Source: Acidimicrobiaceae bacterium
GTDB taxonomy: Bacteria > Actinomycetota > Acidimicrobiia > Acidimicrobiales > RAAP-2
Length of the DNA: 62,345 nucleotides
Reading direction: 5' to 3'
Assembly (NCBI GenBank): GCA_027315445.1
Contig: DAHUYA010000184.1
Coordinates: 1 to 62,345, forward strand
In this document: positions 29,074 to 38,798 of the stretch, piece after piece
How the letters are laid out: each line of letters begins with the position of its first letter
How positions within the stretch are numbered: the first letter of the stretch is position 1
Notes under the pieces: generated by a model
The model's input: only the letters and a program-made list of their open reading frames with translations
Told to the model about the DNA's origin: nothing
The model's database searches: none
Program-made: the position numbers and the translations under genes

Positions 29074-30198
29074 TCAGGCCCCGCCGCTGATCCGGATGGT
29101 GAACGGGGCCACCTGGGGCAGGTAGAAGCCCACGGTCTTGCCGTGGACCGACACGAAGAGGTGGGCCGCCTTCGACCCGATGTTGACCACCAGGTCGTGC
29201 TGGTCGGTGAAGGTCTGGGACTGGCCGGCCGTCATGATGCCGGCGAAGAGGGGCTGACTGCCGGCCACCGCGGCCACCTGGGCCCACGCCTCGCCACCGA
29301 CCGCCACCAGCTGGGTGGTGAAGGTCGGCGCCCGCACGGACAGCGTCACTCCGGTGGCCGTCGCCGTCCCCACGGTGAACTGCGGGACGGTGGTGGAGGT
29401 GGCGCTCGACCGGTGGCGGGTCGACCCGGTGCCCGTGCCCGAGGACCCGGTGCCCGGAGGCGTGGTGGTGTGGGTGATGCCGAGGCTGCGCAACCAGCTC
29501 GGCTGGTAGTGGTCGATCACGAGCCCGGCCGCCCCGACCACGACGGCCAGGGCCACCACCACGACCGCCGCCCGGAGGAGCAAGGGGGTGCGGGTGGACG
29601 GGGGCGGGGTGACCGCCGGCACCGGGCCCGTGTCGGCCAGCACGCGGGGGACCTCGATGGTGTGCTCGTCGGCGTCGGGACGCCCGCCCGCCCCCGGCAC
29701 CGCGGTGGTCGGACGGGTCGTCGCCACCGGGGAGGTGTCCTCGGGCGGGGTCTGGCGGGGTCTGCGACCGACCACCGGCACGGTGGCGGTGTCCTGCGAA
29801 GCGGCCGCCGGGAGCAGGTCCGTGGTCGCGGCAGTGGGGGCGCCGGACGCCACCGGGACCTTCGTCACCTCGGCGGCCCGGGTGGCGCCCACCACCGCCG
29901 CCGCCCGGGTCCCCGGCCAGAGGTCGATCATCGTCAGGACCATGCGCTCTCCGGGCAACCCGAGGAAGTTGGCGTAGGTGCGAAGCGAGCGGAGGACGGC
30001 CACCCGGTCGATCGACCGGTCGAAGGCGGCCGTCTCGAGGGCGTTGAGGTGCTCGAGGGGCAGGCCGGCGCGGAACGCGACCTCCTCCAGCCGGAGGCCC
30101 TGGCGGGTCCGGACGCGCCGGAGCATCCGCCCCAGCTCGGTCGCCGAAGCGGGCGCTCCCCCCTCGTTCCGGCTCGGCGAGCGGTCGCGACGTCTCAC
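29074..30198 (-). CDS. RodZ-like protein: XRE-type HTH, one TM segment, Thr/Pro-rich linker, DUF4115-like C-terminal domain
   Basis: C-terminal 374 codons of ORF 29074..31017 from GTG 30198: ...ELGRMLRRVRTRQGLRLEEVAFRAGLPLEHLNALE...LLLRAAVVVVALAVVVGAAGLVI...WAQVAAVAGSQPLFAGIMTAGQSQTF...NIGSKAAHLFVSVHGK. The rest of that ORF is antisense to the response regulator. Confidence 0.7.
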   Translation of the reverse strand: MRRRDRSPSRNEGGAPASATELGRMLRRVRTRQGLRLEEVAFRAGLPLEHLNALETAAFDRSIDRVAVLRSLRTYANFLGLPGERMVLTMIDLWPGTRAAAVVGATRAAEVTKVPVASGAPTAATTDLLPAAASQDTATVPVVGRRPRQTPPEDTSPVATTRPTTAVPGAGGRPDADEHTIEVPRVLADTGPVPAVTPPPSTRTPLLLRAAVVVVALAVVVGAAGLVIDHYQPSWLRSLGITHTTTPPGTGSSGTGTGSTRHRSSATSTTVPQFTVGTATATGVTLSVRAPTFTTQLVAVGGEAWAQVAAVAGSQPLFAGIMTAGQSQTFTDQHDLVVNIGSKAAHLFVSVHGKTVGFYLPQVAPFTIRISGGA

Positions 30199-30369
30199 AC
30201 CGCCCCTTTCGTGGGTCTCCCTCGACCGATGGTACCCGGCCCTGGTGGACAACGGACCCCCCCGGGACGCGCCGGCCAGTCGTCGCCCCACCCCCGCCCC
30301 ACTCCCCGGGTTCGGGGACCGACAGCCGACCCACAGGAACACGGTGGACAATGTCGTGCGGTGGCACCG

Positions 30370-31068
30370 GTGACACAGGACGCCCGCGTACTGGTGGTCG
30401 ACGACGAGCCCGCCATCACCGACCTGGTGGCGATGGCCCTCCGCTACGAGGGCCTCGAGGTCGAGGTGGCCCACGGGGGCCGGGAGGCCCTGTTGGCGGC
30501 CGCCGCCTTCCGGCCCCACCTGGTGGTGCTCGACGTGATGCTCCCGGACCTCGACGGCTTCGAGGTCCTCCGGCGGCTCTCGGCCGACCACGACCGGGTC
30601 CCGGTGATTTTCCTGACCGCCCGGGGGGAGCTCGAGGACAAGCTGCGCGGCTTCACCCTGGGCGGGGACGACTACGTGACCAAGCCCTTCAGCGTGGAGG
30701 AGCTGATCGTCCGCTCGAGGGCGATCCTGCGGCGGACGAGGGAACTCGCCCTCGAGGGCGGCGTGCTCCGGTTCGACGATCTCGTGCTCGACGAGGAGAA
30801 GCACGAGGTGGCCCGGGACGGGACGGTGGTCGACCTGACCCCCACCGAGTTCAAGCTGCTCCACTACCTCATGCTCAACGCCGACCGGGTGGTCTCCAAG
30901 GGGCAGATCCTCGACCGGGTCTGGCAGTACGACTTCGGTGGCAACGAGAACGTGGTCGAGATCTTCATCAGCTCCCTGCGCCGGAAGCTCGAGGCCCACG
31001 GGCCCCGGCTCATCCACACCCTGCGCGGGGTCGGCTACCGCCTCCGGCGGGCCGCCGCCGAGCCGTGA
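30370..31068 (+). CDS. OmpR-family two-component response regulator
   Basis: In ORF 29143..31068, GTG 30370: VTQDARVLVVDDEPAITDLV...LVVLDVMLPDLDGFEVLRRL...DDYVTKPFSVEEL...LTPTEFKLLHYLM...IHTLRGVGYRL. Confidence 0.92.
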   Translation: MTQDARVLVVDDEPAITDLVAMALRYEGLEVEVAHGGREALLAAAAFRPHLVVLDVMLPDLDGFEVLRRLSADHDRVPVIFLTARGELEDKLRGFTLGGDDYVTKPFSVEELIVRSRAILRRTRELALEGGVLRFDDLVLDEEKHEVARDGTVVDLTPTEFKLLHYLMLNADRVVSKGQILDRVWQYDFGGNENVVEIFISSLRRKLEAHGPRLIHTLRGVGYRLRRAAAEP

Positions 31069-32633
31069 CCCTGCGCACCCGCCTGCTGCTGGTGCTGGTG
31101 GGGCTCGTGGCTGCCGGCCTGGTGGTCACCGACGTGGTGACCTACACCCAGCTCCGGTCCTTCCTGGTGCAGCGGATCGAGCCGCAGCTGGAGGCCGCCT
31201 ACTTCCCCGCTTCGCGTGAGCTGGCAGCGGTCAACCAGCTCCGCCTCCCCAGCGGCGTGCTCCGCTCGGGGGTGGCCGTTCACCACGTGCTGGGGGTCAC
31301 CTCCGGCGCCACAGCGACCGGGGTGGCCGGGGGGGGCACCGGCAACCTCCCGCCGAAGCGCCCGGCGCCCCGTACCGACCACCGCCAGGAGGCGGGGTCG
31401 TTCGCCTTTGCGGGTCCCGCCCTGTACACGGTCGCCGAGCTGGTGGGCCACGACGGCCGGGTCTACGGTCACGCCATCCCCTTCTACAACGGGGACAAGC
31501 CCGCGCCGCCGCCCGTCCTGCCGGACCCGCTGCCCACCGGCTCCCGGTCCCGTCCGGTGTTCTTCAGCGCGAAGAGCACGGGGGACACCGCCTACCAGGT
31601 GCTGGCCCGGCCCCTGGGCGCCCGGGGACTGACGGTGGTGGTCGGCATCCCCCTCACCGAGGTGACCCAGACCACCGGCCACCTGCTCTGGATCGAGGTC
31701 CTGGTCAGCGCCGTGGTGCTGGCCGGCCTGGGGGTGCTCGCCTGGTGGATCGTCCGCCGGGGCCTGCGGCCGCTGCAGGACATGGCCACGACGGCCGGCT
31801 CGATTGCCGGCGGCCACCTCGGCCTCCGGGTGGCCCCGGCCGAGGAGCACACGGAGGTCGGCCGGCTCGGGCTGGCGCTCAACGCCATGCTGGGGGAGAT
31901 CGAGCAGGCCTTCGCGGCCCGTGCCGCCTCCGAGGACCGGCTCCGGCGCTTTCTGGCCGACGCCTCCCACGAGCTGCGGACGCCGCTCACCTCGATCCGG
32001 GGGCACGCCGAGCTCTTCGAGCTCGGGAGCGCCCAGCACCCCGAGGACCTGGCCACCTCCATGCGGCACATCCGCGAGGAGGCCGGCCGGATGAACGTGC
32101 TGGTCGACGACCTCCTCCTGCTGGCCCGGCTCGACCAGCAGCGCCCGCTCGAGCCCGCCCCGGTCGACCTGGTGACCCTGGGTCGCAGGGCGGTGGCGGG
32201 GGTCGAGGTCCTCTCCCCGTCCTACCGGCTGCGCCTCGAAGCACCGCCGCTGCTGGTGGCGGCGTGCGACGCCGAACGCATGCGCCAGGTGGTGGACAAC
32301 CTGCTCGGGAACGCGGTCCGCCACTCCCCCCCCGGTGAGCCCGTGGTGCTGCGGCTGCGATCCGAGGGTACGGCGGCGGTGATCGAGGTGGCCGACCGGG
32401 GCCCGGGGGTGGCGCCGGAGGACGCCGAGCGGATCTTCGAGCCCTTCTTCCGGGCGGACTTCGCCCGGGACCGGGCAACCGGCGGGGCAGGGCTGGGCCT
32501 CGCCATCGTGGCTGCCATCGTGGAGGCCCACGGGGGCTCGGTGGGGGTCCGGCCGCTCCAAGGGGGAGGGACCTCCTTCTTCGTGCGGCTGCCGGACGCG
32601 GTCCTGGCGCCCACGACCACGCCCGCGGGGTGA
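31065..32633 (+). CDS. sensor histidine kinase (2 TM, HAMP, HisKA, HATPase_c)
   Basis: In ORF 30351..32633. GTG 31065 overlaps the RR stop (GTGA). H-box FLADASHELRTPLTSIRGHAEL, N/G boxes DNLLGNAVRHSP...ADRGPGV...GGAGLGLAIV. Confidence 0.9.
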   Translation: MTLRTRLLLVLVGLVAAGLVVTDVVTYTQLRSFLVQRIEPQLEAAYFPASRELAAVNQLRLPSGVLRSGVAVHHVLGVTSGATATGVAGGGTGNLPPKRPAPRTDHRQEAGSFAFAGPALYTVAELVGHDGRVYGHAIPFYNGDKPAPPPVLPDPLPTGSRSRPVFFSAKSTGDTAYQVLARPLGARGLTVVVGIPLTEVTQTTGHLLWIEVLVSAVVLAGLGVLAWWIVRRGLRPLQDMATTAGSIAGGHLGLRVAPAEEHTEVGRLGLALNAMLGEIEQAFAARAASEDRLRRFLADASHELRTPLTSIRGHAELFELGSAQHPEDLATSMRHIREEAGRMNVLVDDLLLLARLDQQRPLEPAPVDLVTLGRRAVAGVEVLSPSYRLRLEAPPLLVAACDAERMRQVVDNLLGNAVRHSPPGEPVVLRLRSEGTAAVIEVADRGPGVAPEDAERIFEPFFRADFARDRATGGAGLGLAIVAAIVEAHGGSVGVRPLQGGGTSFFVRLPDAVLAPTTTPAG

Positions 32634-32749
32634 ACGGGGCGGCCACTGACCAGCCGCCGGGAACGGTCGCCGACGACCGGCTCAGGATTCTTATGGGCCT
32701 TTGAAATCGCCGACAGCGAAGCCACAGGTTCGGGGCCTTCACTGCCGGT

Positions 32750-34057
32750 ATGGCGCTGCCCGATGCCGGAACCCTGGTGGATCGCGGTCCCGAGCACACC
32801 GAGGAGGTGCCGGTGGCGGCCCCGGCCGGTCCGCCGCGCCGACGACCGTTTCGGCGCGCCGTCGTGGTGCAGGCGGCGGTCGTCGTCGTCCTCGCCGGCG
32901 GCGGGACCGGGCTCGGCCTCTGGCTCTCGTCGGGGAGCGGATCGCCGTCGGCGGGAGCGACCGTGACCACACAGGTGGTCTCGGTGACCAGCGGCACGAT
33001 GCAGCAGACCGTCAGCTCGAGCGGGACCATCGAGCCGGCCCAGACGGCCGATCTCGATTTCGCCGTCTCCGGCGCCGTCACGGCCGTCGACGTGACGACC
33101 GGTCAGCAGGTGACCGCCGGGCAAGCGCTGGCCACCGTCGACCCGACGGCACTCCAGGACCAGCTGGCGGCGGCGCAGGAGTCGTTGGACGCGGCCGAGG
33201 CCAGGCTGTCGGAGGACCAGTCGGCCGGGGCGGCCACGAGCCAGCTCGACTCCGACCAGGCGACTGTCACCTCGGCCCAGAACAACCTTGCAACCGCCCA
33301 GACGGCGCTCGACGAGGCCACGCTCACCTCGACGATCAGCGGCACCGTGGCCTCGGTCGCCCTCAGCGTCGGTCAACAGGTGACCGGCCCCGGCGGCAGC
33401 GGGGCGGGCGGCAGCGGGGCGGGCGGCAGCGGCTCGGGCGGCAGCGGGGCGTCGTCGGCCCAAGTGGTCGTGGTGTCGTCGAACAGCTTCGTCGTGAACA
33501 CCACCGTCGACGACACCCAGGTCGGGCAGGTCAAGAAGGGCGACCAGGCGGTGGTGGTGCCGAGCGGCTCGACGAGCAACGTCTACGGCACCGTCTCCTC
33601 GGTCGGCCTGATCGCTTCGTCGAGCTCGGGTGTGGCCAGCTTCCCGGTCACGATCGCCATCACCGGGACGCCGAGCGGCCTCTACGCCGGGACGAGCGCC
33701 AGAGTCTCGATGATCGTCGAACAGATCGACAACGCCGTGCAGGTGCCCACCGCCGCCCTCTCCTACAACAACGGCCTGGCGACCGTGACCGAGGTGGTCG
33801 ACGGGCGCCACGTCACCCGGAACGTCACCACCGGGGTCAGCGCCAACGGCGAGACCCAGATCACCTCCGGGCTCTCGACGGGCGACCGGGTGCTCGAGCA
33901 GGTCGTGAGGTTCAAGGCGACCGCCGGCTCCGGCCCGGGCCTGTTCGGCGGGCGCCGGTTCCCGGGCGGCGCCGGATCCTTCGTCGGCGGCGGTCTCGGC
34001 GGCCCGGGTGGCTTCCAGGGGCAGGCCAACAGTGTCTTCGGGGGGTCCGGTGGCTGA
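32750..34057 (+). CDS. HlyD/MacA-type periplasmic adaptor (membrane fusion protein) 1
   Basis: ORF 32750..34057: N-terminal TM, biotinyl-lipoyl-like motifs (GTIEPAQTADLDFAVSGAVTAVDVTTGQQVTAGQALATVD ... LTSTISGTVASVALSVGQQV), coiled-coil hairpin, beta-barrel region, Gly-rich tail. Internal (GGSGA)x4 is encoded by a 15-bp tandem repeat at 33392-33451. Confidence 0.8.
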   Translation: MALPDAGTLVDRGPEHTEEVPVAAPAGPPRRRPFRRAVVVQAAVVVVLAGGGTGLGLWLSSGSGSPSAGATVTTQVVSVTSGTMQQTVSSSGTIEPAQTADLDFAVSGAVTAVDVTTGQQVTAGQALATVDPTALQDQLAAAQESLDAAEARLSEDQSAGAATSQLDSDQATVTSAQNNLATAQTALDEATLTSTISGTVASVALSVGQQVTGPGGSGAGGSGAGGSGSGGSGASSAQVVVVSSNSFVVNTTVDDTQVGQVKKGDQAVVVPSGSTSNVYGTVSSVGLIASSSSGVASFPVTIAITGTPSGLYAGTSARVSMIVEQIDNAVQVPTAALSYNNGLATVTEVVDGRHVTRNVTTGVSANGETQITSGLSTGDRVLEQVVRFKATAGSGPGLFGGRRFPGGAGSFVGGGLGGPGGFQGQANSVFGGSGG

Positions 34058-34808
34058 CCGGCCGTCGGTCGTGCCACCGCCTGCCAGCTCGCTGACCCCG
34101 CCGGACGGCACGCCAGCGACCAAGGGCCCGGTGATCGACCTCGAGGAGGTCACCAAGGTCTACCGGACCGGTTCGCTGTCGGTCGCCGCTCTGCGCGGCA
34201 TCACGCTGCGGGTGGACGAGGGCGAGTACGTCGCCGTGATGGGCCCGTCGGGCTCGGGCAAGTCGACGCTGATGCACATCGTCGGTTGCCTCGACGTGCC
34301 GACCTCCGGCCGCTACCGGCTGGCCGGCGCCGACGTCGGCGGGATGGCCGTGCGCCAGCTGGCCGAGGTGCGGAGCCGCCAGATCGGCTTCGTCTTCCAG
34401 CAATTCAACCTGCTGCCGACCATGACCGCCCTGCGCAACGTCGAGCTGCCGTTGGTCTACGCCGGCGTCGACCGGGCGGACCGGCGCCGGCGGGCGCTGC
34501 GGGCCCTCGGCCGGGTCGGCCTCGGCGACCGGGTGCAGCACCGTCCCGGTGAGCTGTCGGGGGGTCAGCAGCAACGGGTGGCGATCGCCCGGGCGCTCGT
34601 GACCGACCCGGCGCTGATCCTGGCCGACGAGCCGACCGGTGCCCTCGATTCGCAGTCGTCGGCTGAGGTCATCGCCCTGCTGAACGAGCTCCACCAGGCC
34701 GGCAGGACGCTCGTGCTGATCACCCACGACCCCGACGTGGCCGGCGTGGCGCAGCGGTCGGTCCGGCTGCGCGACGGCCTGCTCGTGGCCGAAGAGGCGC
34801 TGGTGTGA
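34050..34808 (+). CDS. MacB/FtsE-type ABC transporter ATP-binding protein
   Basis: In ORF 34008..34808. GTG 34050 overlaps the upstream stop. GPSGSGKSTLMHIVGCLD, LSGGQQQRVAIARAL, ILADEPTGALD. Confidence 0.92.
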   Translation: MADRPSVVPPPASSLTPPDGTPATKGPVIDLEEVTKVYRTGSLSVAALRGITLRVDEGEYVAVMGPSGSGKSTLMHIVGCLDVPTSGRYRLAGADVGGMAVRQLAEVRSRQIGFVFQQFNLLPTMTALRNVELPLVYAGVDRADRRRRALRALGRVGLGDRVQHRPGELSGGQQQRVAIARALVTDPALILADEPTGALDSQSSAEVIALLNELHQAGRTLVLITHDPDVAGVAQRSVRLRDGLLVAEEALV

Positions 34809-36049
34809 GCTGGTTCGAGACCCTACGGACCGGCCTCGAGTCGGTGCGCACCCACCGGCTCCGCTCGTCGCTGACCGTGCTCGGGATCATGATCGGGATC
34901 GCCGCGGTGATCCTGACCGTCGGGCTGGGACAGGGAGCACAGAACCAGGTCAGCAGCGAGATCACCGCCCTCGGCACGAACCTGCTTACCATCTCGCCCG
35001 GGAGCAGCACCTCGTCGGCCGGGATCCGCCAGGGCCTCGGGTCCGCCACCACCCTCAGCCAGGCCGACGCCGCCGCGCTGGCGTCGAAGGTGGTGGCCCC
35101 CGACATCAAGGCCGTCGCTCCGGTGATCAGCTCGGGGGCCAGCCTGACCGACACCGCCAACAGCAACACGTGGACGACGACGGTGAACGGTTCGACGCCG
35201 GCGTGGGCGACGGTGCGTGGCCGCAGTGTCACCCAGGGCCGCTTCATCGACCGACAGGACGTGACCGACCACACGGCGGTGGCGGTCCTCGGCTCGGACA
35301 CGGCGGCCGAACTGTTCGGTCCCCTCGACCCGGTCGGCCAGACCGTGCAGGTGAACGGCGTCCCGCTCAGCGTGATCGGGGTCCTCAACACCGTCGGATC
35401 GTCGTCCTCGTCCTCGTCCACCGGTAGCGACCAGGACGACCAGGTGGTCGTGCCGATCACCACCGCCACCGAGCGGCTCTTCGGCACGTCGTCGCTCAGT
35501 TCCATCCTCGTGCAGGCCACGTCGAGCGGCACGCTGTCAGCGGCCTACCAGGAAGCCGACACCGAGCTGTTGGCCATGCACCAGATCACCTCGCCGACGC
35601 AGGCCGACTTCACCATCACCTCGGAGTCGTCGCTGGTCTCGACCGCCACGTCGGTCGACCGGACCCTCACCGTCCTGCTCGGGGGGATCGCCGGCATCTC
35701 GCTGCTCGTCGGCGGGATCGGGGTGATGAACATCATGCTCGTCTCGGTGACCGAGCGGATCCGCGAGATCGGCCTCCGCAAGGCGCTCGGCGCCACCCCG
35801 TCGCTGATCAGGCGGCAGTTCCTCGTCGAGGCCTCGGTGCTCGGCCTGGCCGGCGGCGCACTCGGGGCGGTCCTGGCGGTGGTCGGCTCGGTGGTGCTGC
35901 CGCACGCCACCGGCTACCCGGTCAGCCTCTCCGGGGTGGCGGCCGGCGGGGCCCTGGCGATCGCCCTCACCATCGGGCTGGTCTTCGGCGTCTACCCGGC
36001 CTCCCGGGCCGCCCACCTCCCCCCGATCGACGCACTGAGGAGCGAATGA
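34805..36049 (+). CDS. MacB-type ABC transporter permease (FtsX domain, large extracytoplasmic loop)
   Basis: ORF 34805..36049: LRTGLESVRTHRLRSSLTVLGIMIGIAAVI...VGGIGVMNIMLVSVTERIREIGLRKALGA...YPASRAAHLPPIDALRSE. Confidence 0.9.
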   Translation: MSWFETLRTGLESVRTHRLRSSLTVLGIMIGIAAVILTVGLGQGAQNQVSSEITALGTNLLTISPGSSTSSAGIRQGLGSATTLSQADAAALASKVVAPDIKAVAPVISSGASLTDTANSNTWTTTVNGSTPAWATVRGRSVTQGRFIDRQDVTDHTAVAVLGSDTAAELFGPLDPVGQTVQVNGVPLSVIGVLNTVGSSSSSSSTGSDQDDQVVVPITTATERLFGTSSLSSILVQATSSGTLSAAYQEADTELLAMHQITSPTQADFTITSESSLVSTATSVDRTLTVLLGGIAGISLLVGGIGVMNIMLVSVTERIREIGLRKALGATPSLIRRQFLVEASVLGLAGGALGAVLAVVGSVVLPHATGYPVSLSGVAAGGALAIALTIGLVFGVYPASRAAHLPPIDALRSE

Positions 36050-36915
36050 TGTCCCTTCCCGCCCGGCGCACCGTCGCCGGCACCCTGCTCGCCCTGGGGA
36101 CCGTCGCTGCGACGGCCGGCCTGGCCGCGGCCGCGACCGGCAGCCCCGCGACGCCACCACCGTTCACCTCGGGCACGGTGGCCGCGTTGGCCCCGAGCTC
36201 GATGGAGGTCCAGAACCCGCAGTCCGGCCAGACGACCGTCAGCTGGACAGCGACCACCGACTTCTCTCGCACCGTGACCGTCGGCCGGGACGTCCTCGCC
36301 CCGGGTGCCTGCGTGACCGTGAACGGCACGTCCGCCAAGAAGGTGCTGACCGCCCAGACGATCAGCATCGGGGCGGCAGCGACCGGCGGGAAATGCGAGG
36401 TCGGCCGGACCGCGAGCAGCGGACCCACCCCAGGGTTCCGCTTCTCCGGCAACGGCCGGCCGCCGCCGAGCGGCTTCCGGGGGAGGCCGGGGGCCAGAGG
36501 GGGTGCCTTCCCGCGCCGCGCCTCGGACGTCGGGTTCGCCTCCGGGAAGGTGACGTCGGTCAGCGCCGACCAGCTCGTGGTGTCGGGCTTCTCGTCCATC
36601 GGGTCCAAGCCGCCGGCCGCACGACAGCCGCACGGTGCCAAGAAGAAGAGCTCCCGGCCCCGGGTCCGGCCGAAGACGACCACCGTCCGGGTCCGGCTGG
36701 GTTCGTCGACCGCCGTCGAGGAGACCCAGCCGGCCGCGGCTATCGATCTGGCGATCGGTGACTGCGTCACTGCCACTGGATCGAGTGACAGCACCGGCGC
36801 CATCGTGGCCACCAGCGTCCACATCGCCACCTCCGGTCCGAACGGCTGCACGGGCGGTTTCCTCTTCCAGGGCGGCGGAGCCGGCGGCCCGGGCACGGTG
36901 ACCGCCGGTGGCTGA
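36046..36915 (+). CDS. secreted protein with two OB-like (DUF5666-like) repeats, unknown function
   Basis: ORF 36046..36915, ATGA overlap with the permease. Signal peptide (AGTLLALGTVAATAGLAAAA). Two similar modules (GTVAALAPSSMEVQN...TVTVGRDVLAPGACVTVNG and GKVTSVSADQLVVSG...IDLAIGDCVTATG) are separated by a basic linker. The family call is tentative. Confidence 0.6.
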   Translation: MMSLPARRTVAGTLLALGTVAATAGLAAAATGSPATPPPFTSGTVAALAPSSMEVQNPQSGQTTVSWTATTDFSRTVTVGRDVLAPGACVTVNGTSAKKVLTAQTISIGAAATGGKCEVGRTASSGPTPGFRFSGNGRPPPSGFRGRPGARGGAFPRRASDVGFASGKVTSVSADQLVVSGFSSIGSKPPAARQPHGAKKKSSRPRVRPKTTTVRVRLGSSTAVEETQPAAAIDLAIGDCVTATGSSDSTGAIVATSVHIATSGPNGCTGGFLFQGGGAGGPGTVTAGG

Positions 36916-38584
36916 GGGGCTCGTGGCCGCGGCGCTGCGCCAGCACGGCCGGCTCGGAGTGACGGTGGCCGTCGTGCTCGCCGCGGTCGGCGTGGGCCTC
37001 GGGCTCGGTATCAGCCAGGTGTCGGGCGCTGCCGGCTACCGCACTGCCGCCGCCACCGTCGGCTCGGCGCGGCAGCTGCTGACGGTGACCGGTTCGGCGA
37101 CGCCGGTCCACCAGGCCACCGCCGACGTCCAGGTGGGTGGCACGGTCGCCGCCGTCGACGTCACCCTCGGGCAGGCGGTGCAGGCCGGCCAGACGTTGGC
37201 CTCCCTCGACACCACCACCCTCCAGCAGCAGGTCACGAACGACCAGTCGAGCCTCTCCACCGCCGAGGCGCAGCTCTCCCAGGACGAGGCTGCACAGGCC
37301 GCCAGCACGACCACGACCACGACGACCACGACGACCCCGCCGGCCGGCGGCGGCTCGCTGCCGGGCGACCAGCAGGCGGTGGTCAGTGACCAACAGACGG
37401 CGGACGCCGACTCGGCCACTGCGGCGAGCGCCCTCGCCACCGCCGAGTCCGCCTGCGGCCAGTCGACCACGACGACGGCGACCGGCGGCGCACCGACCGG
37501 CAACGGGTCAACCGGCGCCGGGTCCGGCGGCATCGGATCGGCCGGTGCGCCACCGACCACCACCACCACGACTGGCGCCGGCTCGGGCGCCGGCTCGGGC
37601 GCCGGGTCCGGTTGCTCCGACGCGCTCGACGGCGCCCTGTCGGCGCAGCAGAAGGTGGCGGCCGACCAGAAGGCGCTGGCGACAGCCGAGTCGGCGCTGG
37701 CCCAGGTGTTGCGTTCCACCGAGTCGGGCGGGTCGGCGGGAGCGGGCGTCGGAACCGGGAGCTCGCCGACCGGCGCCAACGCCACGGGCGGTTCTCCGAC
37801 CGGCAACGGTGGGAGCAGCGCCCCCGGGAGCCCGGCACAGCTGGCGAGCGACCAGGCGACGATCGACCGTGACCAGGCTACGTTGACCACCGCCGAGCAA
37901 TCGCTCAGCGGGGCACAGCTCGTGAGCCCGATGAGCGGGACGGTGGCGGCGGTGAACCTGACAACCGGCCAGTCGGTGGCCGCCGGGTCGAGCAGCGACG
38001 ACATCGTGGTCGTGAGCCCGGGGAACTTCGAGGCGACGGCATCGCTCGGCACCACCCAGTACGCCGAGGTGAAGATCGGCGATCCGGCGGTGGTGGAGGT
38101 CGACGGGGTGCAGGACGGCATCGTCGGCAGCGTCGCCTCGACCGGACCATTGCAGGTCGCCAGCACCAGCGACACCTACCCGATGGTGGTCGCCCTGCGT
38201 TCCGACCCGACCGGTATCGCCGCCGGGGCCAACGCCCAGATCGAGGTCGTGGTCCGCCGCGTTCGCCACACCCTGGTGGTGCCCACTTCCGCCGTCCACA
38301 CGCTGCGGCCGGGCATCGTCTATGTCGACGTGCTGCAGCACGGCCAGGAGGTGCGCCAATCGGTGACCGTGGGCGTGAGCGGCCCCGTCGACACCCAGGT
38401 GACCTCTGGCCTCCAGCGCGGCCAGACGGTCGTGCTGGCTGCCCTGGCGGAACCGGTGCCGTCGTCGAGCAACACGTTCGGCGGCCTGGCTGGTCTCGGC
38501 GGCGGCGGCTTCTTCCGCCTCCATCAGAACGGCACCGGCCCGGCCGGCTCCACCCAGAAGGTGGTTGGCGTACCGCAGGGGTGA
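36908..38584 (+). CDS. HlyD/MacA-type membrane fusion protein 2, with a very long Thr/Gly/Ser-interrupted coiled-coil hairpin
   Basis: ORF 36908..38584: TM, then LLTVTGSATPVHQATADVQVGGTVAAVDVTLGQAVQAGQTLASLD ... LVSPMSGTVAAVNLTTGQSV ... beta-barrel/MPD region. Poly-Thr (T10) and (GAGS)3 low-complexity inserts. Confidence 0.8.
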   Translation: MAEGLVAAALRQHGRLGVTVAVVLAAVGVGLGLGISQVSGAAGYRTAAATVGSARQLLTVTGSATPVHQATADVQVGGTVAAVDVTLGQAVQAGQTLASLDTTTLQQQVTNDQSSLSTAEAQLSQDEAAQAASTTTTTTTTTTPPAGGGSLPGDQQAVVSDQQTADADSATAASALATAESACGQSTTTTATGGAPTGNGSTGAGSGGIGSAGAPPTTTTTTGAGSGAGSGAGSGCSDALDGALSAQQKVAADQKALATAESALAQVLRSTESGGSAGAGVGTGSSPTGANATGGSPTGNGGSSAPGSPAQLASDQATIDRDQATLTTAEQSLSGAQLVSPMSGTVAAVNLTTGQSVAAGSSSDDIVVVSPGNFEATASLGTTQYAEVKIGDPAVVEVDGVQDGIVGSVASTGPLQVASTSDTYPMVVALRSDPTGIAAGANAQIEVVVRRVRHTLVVPTSAVHTLRPGIVYVDVLQHGQEVRQSVTVGVSGPVDTQVTSGLQRGQTVVLAALAEPVPSSSNTFGGLAGLGGGGFFRLHQNGTGPAGSTQKVVGVPQG

Positions 38585-38595
38585 CCGACCGCCGT

Positions 38596-38620
38596 CCCGG
38601 GGTGCCCAGGGCACGCCGGG
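38596..38620 (+). terminator. GC-rich palindrome/stem-loop immediately after the MFP2 stop
   Basis: cccggggtgccc a gggcacgccggg: 11 of 12 positions pair; starts 12 nt after the stop at 38584; no obvious U-tract. Confidence 0.35.
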
Positions 38621-38715
38621 CTGCGGAGATCTCGGCTCCGACCTGGGAGTTTCAGAACCGGTCGTCACCCCGGGAATAGGAACCCACGACGAGCGGTTGC
38701 GCCCGTCGGCGGCAG

Positions 38716-38730
38716 CCCCGATGATCGGGG
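38716..38730. promoter_or_regulatory. 15-bp perfect palindrome CCCCGATGATCGGGG upstream of the DMT gene
   Basis: Read directly; about 76 bp upstream of ATG 38806; function unknown. Confidence 0.3.
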
Positions 38731-38756
38731 TATGAGGACGGTTGTCGAGCCGTCGG

Positions 38757-38798
38757 CCGGAAGGGTGGGGAGAGAGCCCGGAAGGGTGGGGAGAGAGC
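38757..38798. repeat. perfect 21-bp tandem duplication (ccggaagggtggggagagagc x2) ending 8 bp before the DMT start codon
   Basis: Copies at 38757-38777 and 38778-38798. Each is purine-rich and contains SD-like GGAAGGG/GGGGAGAG. Confidence 0.9.

Noticed and set aside
33392-37610. Short tandem nucleotide repeats encoding Gly/Ser/Ala/Thr tracts as a CRISPR array or mobile-element repeats. They occur at 33392-33451, 37306-37340 and 37571-37610, with similar tracts at 47100-47240 and 50065-50090.
   Set aside because: They are in-frame low-complexity linkers inside coding genes, have no spacer structure, and no cas or transposase genes are nearby. No CRISPR array exists in this window.
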